Shown here piece after piece: positions 1 through 9,436 of a stretch of 41,208 bases of DNA (the first letter of the stretch is position 1; each line of letters starts with the position of its first letter). The notes under the pieces were generated by a model. That model saw only the letters and a list, made by a program, of their open reading frames with translations, ran no database searches and had not been told where the DNA came from. The stretch is from Clostridia bacterium (GTDB lineage Bacteria; Bacillota; Clostridia; Oscillospirales; Feifaniaceae): positions 1 through 41,208 of the forward strand of contig JAFQKL010000314.1 in assembly GCA_017396965.1 (NCBI GenBank), in the 5' to 3' direction. The position numbers and the translations under genes are program-made.

Positions 1-4
1 ACAG

Positions 5-44
5 GTCAAAACAAAGATGAGGTGCGCCGGACTGCGGCGCACCT
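5..44 (-). terminator. Rho-independent terminator downstream of gap
   Basis: 9-bp GC stem GGTGCGCCG (21-29) / CGGCGCACC (35-43) with a 5-nt loop. On the minus strand it is followed by UCAUCUUUGUUUUG. It lies about 43 nt after the gap stop. Confidence 0.6.
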
Positions 45-86
45 CTTCTTTCATTGATTTGATTCCGAAGAAGCAGAAACAGAGGC

Positions 87-1154
<1,068 letters not shown>

Positions 1155-1275
1155 CTATGCCGGTCTGCACTCCTCAGCAGCGAGGAGGCTCGCCGCACAG
1201 GGAGGTGCGGCGCTTCGGGGAGCTAAGCCCGGCTGTTTTGCCGTGAAGCAGGCAAGACGGGGCAGGCTTTCTTCT

Positions 1276-1304
1276 ATTATAATCAAAAACTGCTCAAAAG
1301 ACAA
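1276..1304 (-). promoter_or_regulatory. Candidate sigmaA promoter for gap (TTGTCT-N17-TATAAT on the minus strand)
   Basis: The reverse complement of 1299-1304 is TTGTCT and of 1276-1281 is TATAAT, with a 17-nt spacer. This implies a leader of about 160 nt before the gap ATG. Confidence 0.45.
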
Positions 1305-1324
1305 CCTGCGAATGAGATATTTTC

Positions 1325-1354
1325 TTGTATTTCTGCCCCGGTTTGCGGTATACT
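1325..1354 (+). promoter_or_regulatory. Candidate promoter for the histidine kinase gene (TTGTAT-N18-TATACT)
   Basis: TTGTAT at 1325-1330 and TATACT at 1349-1354 in the AT-rich divergent intergenic region. Confidence 0.35.
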
Positions 1355-1428
1355 GTGGTAAGACCCTTGTGAATTCGACAAAATTCTACATCGAATCGAC
1401 GTTTTGACATTTTTAAAAGGAGTGCATT

Positions 1429-2520
1429 ATGTCTTTGGTTCAAAGTCTGAGGATCCTGCTCAAGCCCAACGACGTTCCGACCCTGATCACCGACGAGAAT
1501 CTGGCGCCCACCGCATTCAATGATGCGGCCCGCAAGCTGCTGCCGGGTCTGATCAAGGCCCTGCCGCTCCCCGACCAGTTTCCCGACTCCCACTGGCGAG
1601 AGGCAACGATGCAGCTCTCCCTCATGCGCCCCTGTGAAATCCTGCTGGAGGGCAGCATCAACGGCTGGTTTACGTTGTTTATGACCCCGGTTTTCCAGCA
1701 AGGCGTCCTCACTGGTGTCATCTGCAGCGTCTCAGAGCCGGTGGACGATGCCCGGCAGATCAACGCCTCCGCCGCCGTCACCCTCCACGACCTGTCAACG
1801 CCGCTCGGCACCATCCGCAACTGCGCCGATCTGCTGCGCCCCCGCGTCACCGGCAAGGACTCCCGTCTCATCGATATTATCACCCAAAATCTCCTTGAAG
1901 TCCGCCGCACCGTCACGGCGGTGGCGACCACCATGGATGCGCACAGCTCGGTGGCGGCTTCCGAGGCAATCAACCTCGGCCGCCTGGCCCAGCGGGTGTG
2001 CGCTGTGATGCAGAGCGACCCGGGGGAGGTGAAGGTGATCTGCAACGCGGCGGAGGATGTCATTGTGCAGGGCAGTCAGGCGCAGCTGCAGCGGGTGATC
2101 ATCAATCTGCTCTCCAACTGCATCTGCTATGCCGCAAGCGAGGTCACCGTCACCGTCGACCGAAACAGAGACTTCTGCTGGCTCAGGGTGGAGGATGACG
2201 GCGAAGGCATCCCGCAAAAGGACATCGCCCACATTCTCACCCCCTGGTTCACCACCGGACGCCGCGGCAGCGGGCTGGGGCTGAGCGTGGCCGACCGCCT
2301 CTCTGCCCTCAACGGCGGACGGCTGGACGTGGCGTCGGAAAACGGTGCCGTCTTCACCGTCAGCTTCCCGGTGATCATGCACCCCCTCCGCTTCGCCAAC
2401 CGTCTGGAGGACACCTATATCACCAAAAGCTCAAAGGAGATGATCCTCTTTGAGCTGCACAAAGCGGAGGCCAAGCGCAAAGAACGCCTCAAGGGCACAC
2501 GATCCTGGCCGTCGATGTAA
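1429..2520 (+). CDS. Orphan cytoplasmic sensor histidine kinase (HisKA + HATPase_c)
   Basis: AAAAGGAG precedes the ATG. H-box HDLSTPLGTIRN, N-box LLSNCICYA, G-boxes EDDGEGI and GSGLGLSV. I saw no hydrophobic TM helix, and there is no adjacent response-regulator gene. Confidence 0.85.
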   Translation: MSLVQSLRILLKPNDVPTLITDENLAPTAFNDAARKLLPGLIKALPLPDQFPDSHWREATMQLSLMRPCEILLEGSINGWFTLFMTPVFQQGVLTGVICSVSEPVDDARQINASAAVTLHDLSTPLGTIRNCADLLRPRVTGKDSRLIDIITQNLLEVRRTVTAVATTMDAHSSVAASEAINLGRLAQRVCAVMQSDPGEVKVICNAAEDVIVQGSQAQLQRVIINLLSNCICYAASEVTVTVDRNRDFCWLRVEDDGEGIPQKDIAHILTPWFTTGRRGSGLGLSVADRLSALNGGRLDVASENGAVFTVSFPVIMHPLRFANRLEDTYITKSSKEMILFELHKAEAKRKERLKGTRSWPSM

Positions 2521-2529
2521 CGGGCCTCC

Positions 2530-2558
2530 TTGACGGGAGAGCCGTCAGATGATAAGAT
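2530..2558 (+). promoter_or_regulatory. Candidate sigmaA promoter (TTGACG-N17-TAAGAT with TGn extended -10)
   Basis: TTGACG at 2530-2535 and TAAGAT at 2553-2558 with an exact 17-nt spacer. It sits between the kinase stop and the next CDS. Confidence 0.5.
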
Positions 2559-2612
2559 AATGAGACGGGATGCTGCCCGGTATCCCGCCATCGACATAAG
2601 GAGGCTATCCAC

Positions 2613-3137
2613 TTGGAACTGCAATATCAGCCCACCATCGACGATCTCGTGGAGGAGGGGCTTTGGGCCTTTCGCACCAACAAGGCCATCAAGAGCAAGA
2701 CAACGGTGTCCAATGCTGTCTGCGCCTTCCTCTTCGGCGCGCTGATCTATGTTTCCTTTGACAACTTTGAGTTTTCGGTCGGCAGCATCCTCTGTGGCGC
2801 GCTGGCCTGCGCGCTGTCGCTCGTCTTCATGCCCAAAACGATGGCCCATTCGCTGCGCCGCCGCACCAAAAAGCTGCTCAAAGGGCCAAACGGACAAAAG
2901 CTGCTCTCGGAGCGCCACTATTCCTTCACCTCCAAGGGCCTTCGCGCCTGGTCGGAGACCTTTGAAAAGATCTATCCTTACAGCGACATCAAGGCCATCG
3001 AGATCCATAAGGACTACCTGTTGCTCCCCTTCCATAACGGCATGGGTCTGCAGATCCCCCTGCGCGCTTTTGAGAATGACACCCAGCGGGAGAACTTCTT
3101 AAACGAATTGCGGGTTCGCAGAGGAGGCGCACAGTGA
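2613..3137 (+). CDS. Small membrane protein, YcxB-like (tentative)
   Basis: TTG start 8 nt after AAGGAGG (2598-2604). Two hydrophobic helices (VCAFLFGALIYV, ILCGALACALSLVF) precede a soluble C-terminal domain, the layout I associate with YcxB-like proteins. Confidence 0.6.
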   Translation: MELQYQPTIDDLVEEGLWAFRTNKAIKSKTTVSNAVCAFLFGALIYVSFDNFEFSVGSILCGALACALSLVFMPKTMAHSLRRRTKKLLKGPNGQKLLSERHYSFTSKGLRAWSETFEKIYPYSDIKAIEIHKDYLLLPFHNGMGLQIPLRAFENDTQRENFLNELRVRRGGAQ

Positions 3138-4282
3138 GTCGCATCACGCCGCATCTGCGCGGCCGTTATCGCGGAAAGCTCAGCCGCCGGACCCCTGCGG
3201 TCGACCCGCTGGTCCTGCGCCCCGCGCTGGCGCTGACCTTCTGGGCGGTGACCGCGCTGCTGCCGCGCCTGCTGCCCGACGCGGCGGTGACGACGCTGTT
3301 GCTGCCCGTTTCCCGCCTGGTTTCCGCCCCGATCAAACTGGTCAGCAGCCTGGTTCCCTTTGCCATACTGGAGCTGCTGCTCCTGGCCCTCCCGCTCGCT
3401 GCCGTCGCCCTGATTGCCTACAGCATCTGGCAGGAGAAAAACACGCCCAAGGGCCGCGAAGGGCTGGATGATGACGAGCATTTCGGCCTGTGGGAGGCAC
3501 TTTCACTGCTGGTGACGGTGGCCGGCATCATGCTGGGCATCTTTCAGCTGACGCTGGGCTTCGGTTACCACGGGCTGACGCTTGAGCAACGTCTTCACTA
3601 TCCCGAAGTCGCCGTCACCGCAGAAAGTCTCTCCGATACGGCGACCCTGCTGGCGGAACGCGCCGCCGGCCTGCGCCGGGAGGCGGACTATGAGGACCGC
3701 ACCGTCACCCGCTACGGCAGGGAGCTGCGCAGATGCTACAAGTCGCTGGCGGAGCGGCACGCCGTCTTCAAGGGCTATGCCGCCCGTCCCAAAAAGGTGG
3801 TTCTCTCGGTGGGGATGAGCTATCTCGGCATCGGCGGAATGTATTCCCCCTTCACCTGTGAGGCGATGATCAACACCGACACCGTCCCCTTTGCGCTGCC
3901 CTTCACCATCGCCCACGAGATGGCCCATTCGCTGCTGGTGGCCCGTGAGGATGAGGCCAACTTCGCCGGCTTCCTCGCCTGCCTGGAGAGCGACGATGCC
4001 GCCCTCGCCTATTCCGGTCACTTTATGGCCCTGCTCTACACCTGCTCGGCCTTCAACCGCGCCGACCCCGAACAGTACCGCCTGTTTTACGAGACGATGG
4101 ATGAAGGAGTGCGCGACGACCTGATTGCCTACAGTCGGCACGTCGATCAGTACGACGGCTGGATCAATGAGATGCACAGCAAGGTGAACGACACCTTCTT
4201 AAAGTCCAACGGTCAGCAGGCCGGTGTTGCCAGCTACGGTCTGATGGTCAATCTGCTGGTGGCCTGGGCCGCGCAGCAGTGA
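3134..4282 (+). CDS. DUF3810-like membrane protein with HExxH metalloprotease-type motif
   Basis: The GTG start overlaps the upstream stop (GTGA at 3134-3137). N-terminal TM helices are present. The motif FTIAHEMAHSLLVAREDEANFAGF is typical of the DUF3810 family. Confidence 0.7.
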   Translation: MSRITPHLRGRYRGKLSRRTPAVDPLVLRPALALTFWAVTALLPRLLPDAAVTTLLLPVSRLVSAPIKLVSSLVPFAILELLLLALPLAAVALIAYSIWQEKNTPKGREGLDDDEHFGLWEALSLLVTVAGIMLGIFQLTLGFGYHGLTLEQRLHYPEVAVTAESLSDTATLLAERAAGLRREADYEDRTVTRYGRELRRCYKSLAERHAVFKGYAARPKKVVLSVGMSYLGIGGMYSPFTCEAMINTDTVPFALPFTIAHEMAHSLLVAREDEANFAGFLACLESDDAALAYSGHFMALLYTCSAFNRADPEQYRLFYETMDEGVRDDLIAYSRHVDQYDGWINEMHSKVNDTFLKSNGQQAGVASYGLMVNLLVAWAAQQ

Positions 4283-4303
4283 GAACCACAAGAGGAAACG
4301 GAG

Positions 4304-4345
4304 AAAACCCCCGGCCTTTCCCATGCGGAAAGGCCGGGGGTTTTT
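4304..4345. terminator. Strong bidirectional rho-independent terminator
   Basis: 14-bp perfect stem CCCCCGGCCTTTCC (4308-4321) / GGAAAGGCCGGGGG (4327-4340) with a 5-nt loop. It has an A-run upstream and a T-run (4341-4345) downstream, and sits between convergent genes. Confidence 0.85.
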
Positions 4346-4425
4346 GATTGAAATTGACTGACATGGTCGAGGGAGAAGACGCCCGGCGCCCTCGGTCGAT
4401 CCGGCGAAACCGATCAGTCAGCAGC

Positions 4426-4734
4426 CTAGATGCCGCAGTACATCACCCGCAGCACCGAAACCTGCTCCTTGTCTTCATCTACCAGATACAAAGCCGCATA
4501 CGGGCCGACAAAGAGGCTGCGCACCCCACGGCTCTGCCACGGCTCCACCGGCACCGCCTGATGGCGGGCAGGGGAGAAGCGAAGCATCTCCAGTTCGCGG
4601 CGCAGGCGACGCTGCTGCTGTGCCGCCGTCTGCCGGAGCATCATCTCGTCGGCGACAAAGCGGTAGATCCTGCGCAGATCGTCTCTGGCCTGCGTCGTCA
4701 CGGTGACGCGGTACTCCTGTTTTGCTGCTCTCAT
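4426..4734 (-). CDS. Type II toxin, RelE/ParE family
   Basis: 102-aa ORF with the family pattern YRVTV..A..DL..IY.F......P..A......L....L..FP..... and a C-terminal VLRVMY. It overlaps the upstream antitoxin gene by 4 nt. Confidence 0.85.
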   Translation of the reverse strand: MRAAKQEYRVTVTTQARDDLRRIYRFVADEMMLRQTAAQQQRRLRRELEMLRFSPARHQAVPVEPWQSRGVRSLFVGPYAALYLVDEDKEQVSVLRVMYCGI

Positions 4735-5033
4735 TTCTGCTCACGCTCCAGCTCTTCAAACACCTCGTGCACATCCTGCACACGGCCGGTGTAGTAATTC
4801 GCGAGTCCGCGCTCCAGCTCGTCGTTAAAGCGCTCCATGGTCATGGAAGTGTAAGACACCGGCGCGTGGATCGGCAGCCGGGTGTCGATCGGCAGGCGCT
4901 GCTGGAGTACAATCTGCTGCAACAGCGCTTCAATGGCTTCCTGCAGGGTGGTATCCTGCTCTTTTAAGACGAGCTCAGCCTGCCGCTTGAGTTCCGGGTT
5001 GACCCGGGCAAAAATCGAGGCGGTTCTTGGCAC
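4731..5033 (-). CDS. Type II antitoxin, RelB/DinJ family (ribbon-helix-helix)
   Basis: 100-aa ORF with a GTG start. The N-terminus IFARVNPELKRQAELVLKE is DinJ-like and the C-terminal tail is acidic. It has a 4-nt ATGA overlap with the toxin gene. Confidence 0.85.
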   Translation of the reverse strand: MPRTASIFARVNPELKRQAELVLKEQDTTLQEAIEALLQQIVLQQRLPIDTRLPIHAPVSYTSMTMERFNDELERGLANYYTGRVQDVHEVFEELEREQK

Positions 5034-5059
5034 GGTCGATCACATCCTTCCAAAACCTA

Positions 5060-5088
5060 ATTATAGCGCAAAAAGGGACAAAGCGCAA
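5060..5088 (-). promoter_or_regulatory. Candidate sigmaA promoter of the TA operon (TTGCGC-N17-TATAAT on the minus strand)
   Basis: The reverse complement of 5083-5088 is TTGCGC and of 5060-5065 is TATAAT, with a 17-nt spacer. The spacer is bracketed by GCGC...GCGC symmetry, a possible autorepression site. Confidence 0.5.
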
Positions 5089-5122
5089 GCCGATTCGTGC
5101 AGCTTTGCACCGTCCGGCGGCC

Positions 5123-5386
5123 TCAGTCTGAAATGACAATCCGCTCACCGCAGTGCGGGCAGTAGTATTCATGCACCAGCGCATGGGTCAGGTGCTGCAG
5201 CGTCTCTCCCTTGCCGCAGTGGGGACAGCGGAGCCAGCGCACCCCCAAAAAGGCATAAAGCCCCAGACACACCGCCACGCCGGCCCAGTAGATCCGATCC
5301 TTCAAAATGGCAAAAAAGACGCAAAAGGCCATGACCACAATACAGCCCCAGCACAGCTGAAGCACTCTGCGACCTGCAAACTTCAT
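5123..5386 (-). CDS. Small membrane protein with C-terminal zinc-ribbon (2x CPHC)
   Basis: An internal ATG at 5386 is preceded by AGGAGGGGA. The 87-aa product has two hydrophobic helices followed by CPHCG..(17)..CPHCG. The upstream part of the 190-aa track ORF overlaps the tautomerase gene out of frame. Confidence 0.55.
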   Translation of the reverse strand: MKFAGRRVLQLCWGCIVVMAFCVFFAILKDRIYWAGVAVCLGLYAFLGVRWLRCPHCGKGETLQHLTHALVHEYYCPHCGERIVISD

Positions 5387-5448
5387 GCGGATCCCCTCCT
5401 TCGCACCCTGCACCGGGCAGGGGAGAACGTGTCCCGGTATCCGGGAAT

Positions 5449-5676
5449 TCAGAACTTCTTCTCGCCGCGCAGGATCTTCATCTTGTCGAGCTTCGGCTCG
5501 ATCTCCGGCTTGAAGACAGTCTCCTGCCAGTCCTCTCTGGCGATCTCCTCCATCGAGATGGTGATTGCCTCGGGCGGGCAGCCCCAGTGCTCCAGCATGA
5601 TCTCGTTGATCTTCTCGACGACGGTGTTCACAACGGCCTCGTCCTTGGGGAAAGATTTGATGGCGATGTACGGCAT
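5449..5676 (-). CDS. Tautomerase family protein (4-oxalocrotonate tautomerase / PptA-like)
   Basis: 75-aa ORF starting MPYIAIK (catalytic Pro1 after Met removal). The length and the W..W..EI.P pattern resemble PptA. AAAGGAGGAAACACC precedes the ATG. Confidence 0.8.
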   Translation of the reverse strand: MPYIAIKSFPKDEAVVNTVVEKINEIMLEHWGCPPEAITISMEEIAREDWQETVFKPEIEPKLDKMKILRGEKKF

Positions 5677-5721
5677 GGTGTTTCCTCCTTTTCAATCATG
5701 TTGACGTTGTTTTCAGAGTTT

Positions 5722-6210
5722 TCAGAGTGTGACAGCGTATCGCAGCTCCTCCACGCCGACATCGCCAAGGATCTGCGAGCCGCCGTCGTGGGCAAAATGG
5801 TGTGCCTCGTAAAAGCGGCGTGCCGCGAGATTGGGGGCAAGCACCCAGAGAAAAGCGCGAGTGAAGTTCTGTTGCCTGGCCTCTGCCAAAAATGCCTCAA
5901 TCAGCGCGTGACCCACACCGCTCTTCTGGAAAAAGGGGTCGACATAAAGCTCCACCAGCTCCACCGCATCCCCCTGCACCCGCCGACGCAGCATCCCTTT
6001 GACGATGCCGTCATCATAGACCCAAAGCTCCTGCCGGTAAACGGGGTCCTGACGCAGCTCTTCGATCACCGAGAGGACGGTGAGCACCTGGAAGCTGAAA
6101 AAATCATCCTCAAAGATGGGGCGATAGGCGGTGCGCTTGGCGAAGACGAGGATCTCCGCGATGCGGGAGATGTCCTCCGGTTCCGCCGGGCGGATCAGAC
6201 GATCGCTCAT
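5722..6210 (-). CDS. GNAT family N-acetyltransferase
   Basis: 162-aa ORF. It has an acetyl-CoA binding-type segment LYVDPFFQKSGVGHALIEAF and a C-terminal RRFYEAHHF. It overlaps the RidA gene by 4 nt. Confidence 0.85.
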   Translation of the reverse strand: MSDRLIRPAEPEDISRIAEILVFAKRTAYRPIFEDDFFSFQVLTVLSVIEELRQDPVYRQELWVYDDGIVKGMLRRRVQGDAVELVELYVDPFFQKSGVGHALIEAFLAEARQQNFTRAFLWVLAPNLAARRFYEAHHFAHDGGSQILGDVGVEELRYAVTL

Positions 6211-6674
6211 TCGTCCTTGAGCTTGACGATCATCTCGATCTCCACCGGCAGGTTCATCGGCAGCTGCGGGGTGGGGATGGCCGAGCGGGCGTGGCGGCCG
6301 GCGTCGCCGAAGACCTCCACCAGCAGGTCGGAGGCGCCGTTGATCACCTTGGGCTGATCGTAAAAGCCGGGGGCGCTGGCGACGAAGCCCAGCAGCTTGA
6401 CGAAATAATCCACACGATCCAGATCGCCGATGGCGGCCTTTAAGGTGCCCAGCAGGTTGATCATTGTCGAGCGGGCGGCAGCATAGCCCTCCTGAATGTC
6501 AAGGTCAGCGCCCACCTTGCCCTTGAAGGAGGATTCGGCGTTGCCCAGCGGGCCGTTGCCGGAGAGGTAGACCATGTTGCCGGCGATGCGGGCGCCCATG
6601 TAGTTGGCCACCGGGGCCGAGGCCTCGGGCAGGGTGATGCCGAGTTCTTCCAGACGCGCTTCAATTTTGGACAT
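6207..6674 (-). CDS. RidA/YjgF family protein (enamine/imine deaminase-like)
   Basis: The N-terminus SKIEARLEELGITLP.....ANY... followed by GNMVYLSG is typical of the RidA-like subgroup. I prefer the ATG at 6674 (GAAAGGA RBS) over the GTG at 6692. Confidence 0.85.
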   Translation of the reverse strand: MSKIEARLEELGITLPEASAPVANYMGARIAGNMVYLSGNGPLGNAESSFKGKVGADLDIQEGYAAARSTMINLLGTLKAAIGDLDRVDYFVKLLGFVASAPGFYDQPKVINGASDLLVEVFGDAGRHARSAIPTPQLPMNLPVEIEMIVKLKDE

Positions 6675-6728
6675 AATTAAAGTTCCTTTCACTTGAAAAT
6701 ATAAAATACTTAAAACGGAATATTTTTG

Positions 6729-7904
6729 CTACACAAGCAGAGAGCGAAGAGCTTCCACCAGCTTGTCCACGTCTTCGTAGGTGTTGACATAATGGAACGA
6801 GGCGCGGATACTGGTCTGCTCATCGGCGCTGTGCGCTTCGTGGACGGTGACGCAAACCCCGCGCTCCCGCAGCGACTCCACCGTCACTCCCTTATCGCCG
6901 GGAACCAGGTTGGTGCCCAGCGCCGAGCGATGCCCTTCGGGATAGGCGCTGGTGACGGTGACGCCGGGGATGGCCGCGGCCTTTTCGTAGAAGTAGTCAG
7001 CCAGCGAAAGCACATGGGCTTCAATCTCCTCCGGCCCCAGCTCGAGATAGCGGGCAGCCACCTCGCCCATGGCAAAGATGCCGGGGGCGAAGGGGTAACC
7101 CAGCTCATAACGCGAAGCGCCGTCCGCCAGATCCGCTTCAAACAGACCGTTTACAAACAGCTGCTTGACCGACAGCCAGCCGGCTCGGCGATTCTTCAAA
7201 GCGTCCCGCAGCGCCGGGCTGACGTAGGCGTAGCCGGTGCCGCAGAAGTTCATCATCCATTTGTAGTCACCGCCGCAGAGGAAGTCGATCTTCATCTTTT
7301 CCACATCCACCGGCAGAATACCGACGGCGTGAACAGCGTCCACCGCCAGCCAGATCCCGTGGGCGCGGCAGTACTCGCCAATGGCGGCGATGTCATGCCG
7401 GTAGCCGGTGGAGCTCTCCACCAGGCAGAGGCTGACCGCCTTTGTCCGCTCGTCGCAGGCGGCGAGAATGGCCTCGGTCGGCACCACGCCGTCCTCACTC
7501 TCTACATAGCGGATTTCCAGCCCCTCCTTACGCAGCATATCAAGCGCATAGGCCATGCTGATGAAGGTGTCGCGGCTGGTGACAATGTTGTCGCCCGGCT
7601 CAAAGACCAGACCGTCCGAGAAAATGCAGAACATGGCGGAGGAGTTGGGGCCGAAGGCGATGTCTTCCGCCTGACAGCCAAGCAGCTTGGCGAAGACACC
7701 GCGGACCCGGGCGATCATGGTGAAAGTCCCCTCGCCGCGGAAGATGGCGTCGCCGCCCTCAAGGTAGCGGCGATCCATGTAGTCCTTTACACCATTGTAG
7801 ACATAATTCGGAATCGGACCGGTCTCTCCCGCCAGCAGATAGGCATATTTTTCAAAAACTGGGAAATTCTCTCTTTCCCTTAAAAACTTCTCTGGAGTTT
7901 TCAT
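6729..7904 (-). CDS. Aminotransferase class V-fold PLP-dependent enzyme
   Basis: 391-aa ORF with a cysteine-desulfurase / isopenicillin-N-epimerase-like layout. The candidate PLP lysine is in GGDYKWMM. The RBS AAGGAGG lies inside the 3' end of the racemase gene. Confidence 0.85.
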   Translation of the reverse strand: MKTPEKFLRERENFPVFEKYAYLLAGETGPIPNYVYNGVKDYMDRRYLEGGDAIFRGEGTFTMIARVRGVFAKLLGCQAEDIAFGPNSSAMFCIFSDGLVFEPGDNIVTSRDTFISMAYALDMLRKEGLEIRYVESEDGVVPTEAILAACDERTKAVSLCLVESSTGYRHDIAAIGEYCRAHGIWLAVDAVHAVGILPVDVEKMKIDFLCGGDYKWMMNFCGTGYAYVSPALRDALKNRRAGWLSVKQLFVNGLFEADLADGASRYELGYPFAPGIFAMGEVAARYLELGPEEIEAHVLSLADYFYEKAAAIPGVTVTSAYPEGHRSALGTNLVPGDKGVTVESLRERGVCVTVHEAHSADEQTSIRASFHYVNTYEDVDKLVEALRSLLV

Positions 7905-7906
7905 AA

Positions 7907-8596
7907 TCAGGAATCCTCCTTGATACAGAGATCGGCAATGGCCTGTGCATGGAGCTGAGTGGTGTCAAAGAGCGGAATCTCGGTGTCCTCCTGCTTGATC
8001 AGCATTCCGATCTCAGTGCAGCCGAGGATCACGCCCTGGGCGCCGGCCTCATACAGCTGCCCGGCGATCTGGAGAAAGCGCGCCGCGGATTCGGGCTTGA
8101 CGATGCCGAAGTTGGTTTCGCCCCAAAGTACGGATTCCATGTAATCCATTTCCGGCTCCGAGGGGATAATAACATCGATGCCGGCGTCGATCAGCCGCTG
8201 CTTGTAGAAGTCATGCACCATCGTGTCCTTGGCGCCCATGAGGCCGATGCGGGTAAAGCCCCTGGCGCGGATGGCGGCGATGGTGGGGTCGGCGATGTGC
8301 AGCAGAGGAATGGAGACTTCCTTCTCGGCATAGGGAACATACTCATGCAGGCCGTTGCTGCAGACGGCAAAACAGGTGGCGCCGCCCGCCTCCAGCCGCT
8401 TGGCGGCCTCCGCCAGCACGCCGCCCTTCTTGGCGGGGGTGTCCTGATCGAGAATATCCTGAAGGTTCACGTTGCACAGCAGCAGCCGGGCGCAGTTGTA
8501 ACCGCCCTTGGCCTCATAAACCGCCTGATTGACGAAACGATACAGATCGATGGTGGAATGAAAACTGGTTCCGCCGATAATTCCGGGAAGTGCCAT
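7907..8596 (-). CDS. Aspartate/glutamate racemase family protein (YgeA/RacX-like)
   Basis: 229-aa ORF. The N-terminus GIIGGTSFHSTIDLYRFVN matches the family, and the two catalytic-Cys contexts are AVCSNG and ILGCTEIG. Confidence 0.85.
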   Translation of the reverse strand: MALPGIIGGTSFHSTIDLYRFVNQAVYEAKGGYNCARLLLCNVNLQDILDQDTPAKKGGVLAEAAKRLEAGGATCFAVCSNGLHEYVPYAEKEVSIPLLHIADPTIAAIRARGFTRIGLMGAKDTMVHDFYKQRLIDAGIDVIIPSEPEMDYMESVLWGETNFGIVKPESAARFLQIAGQLYEAGAQGVILGCTEIGMLIKQEDTEIPLFDTTQLHAQAIADLCIKEDS

Positions 8597-8628
8597 GACT
8601 TAAGATCTCCTTTATTCCAAGATGAGAT

Positions 8629-9357
8629 TTATCGGACAAGAATCTGCGACAGCGTCTCGCCGATGGGGGTGCGGAAGATGAGGTCGGCTTCGCTGTCATA
8701 GGGGGTCTCGCCCTTGTTGAGCAGTACCAGACGGTTGCCCTTATAATACCGGATCAGCCCGGCCGCCGGCCACACCACCAGCGAGGTGCCGCCCACCAGC
8801 AGCAGGTCGGCCTCCATCAGTGCGCGGATAGAGGCCTCAATGACCTCCTCGTCCAGCGACTCCTCATACAGCACAACCTCCGGCTTGACAATCCCGCCGC
8901 AGTCACAGCGGGGAACCCCGTTACCCTGCAGCACAACTTCGGCGTCAAAGGGCTTTTTGCAGCGCATACAGCGGTTCTTCCACACCGAACCGTGCAGCTC
9001 CAGCACATTCCTGCTGCCGGCCATCTGGTGGAGGTTGTCGATATTCTGGGTGATCACCGCGGTCAGCTTGCCGGCCTGTTCCAGCTCAGCGAGCTTTCGG
9101 TGGGCGGGGTTGGGACGGGCGGTGGTGCAGACCATCTTGTCGCGGTAAAAGCGGAAAAACTCCTCGGGGTGGGTATCGAAAAAGCTGCGGCTGAGAATGG
9201 TCTCGGGCGGGTAGTCGAACTGCTGGTGATACAGTCCGTCGGTGCTGCGAAAGTCGGGAATCCCGCTCTCGGTGGAGACGCCGGCGCCGCCGAAAAAGAC
9301 GATGCGCTGCGCCTCGTCAATCCACTGCTGCAGCGTTGCAAGGTCGTCTGAAAACAT
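8629..9357 (-). CDS. cobB: NAD-dependent protein deacylase (Sir2 family)
   Basis: GAGVSTESGIPDFRS, QNIDNLH, HG catalytic histidine, and Zn ligands CMRC...CDCGG. The start is placed at ATG 9357 (AAAGGAGCGATCCC upstream). The 70 extra N-terminal codons in the track ORF have no support. Confidence 0.85.
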   Translation of the reverse strand: MFSDDLATLQQWIDEAQRIVFFGGAGVSTESGIPDFRSTDGLYHQQFDYPPETILSRSFFDTHPEEFFRFYRDKMVCTTARPNPAHRKLAELEQAGKLTAVITQNIDNLHQMAGSRNVLELHGSVWKNRCMRCKKPFDAEVVLQGNGVPRCDCGGIVKPEVVLYEESLDEEVIEASIRALMEADLLLVGGTSLVVWPAAGLIRYYKGNRLVLLNKGETPYDSEADLIFRTPIGETLSQILVR

Positions 9358-9375
9358 CGGGATCGCTCCTTTGAA

Positions 9376-9406
9376 CCCACCCGCCCCATGAAAGAGGCGG
9401 GTGGGC
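9376..9406 (-). terminator. Hairpin between the formamidase and sirtuin genes (weak terminator or attenuator)
   Basis: 10-bp stem CCCACCCGCC (9376-9385) / GGCGGGTGGG (9397-9406). On the minus strand only UUCAAAGG follows, and I found no promoter between it and the sirtuin ATG. Confidence 0.4.
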
Positions 9407-9436
9407 GAAGATGGTTCACTCTGGGAAGCCGTCTGC

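Noticed and set aside
5710-5727. Perfect 9-nt tandem duplication TTTTCAGAG x2 spanning the GNAT stop codon.
   Set aside because: The duplication is real in the sequence but has only two copies. It merely creates a second in-frame TGA 9 nt downstream, so it is most simply a replication-slippage scar with no evident function.
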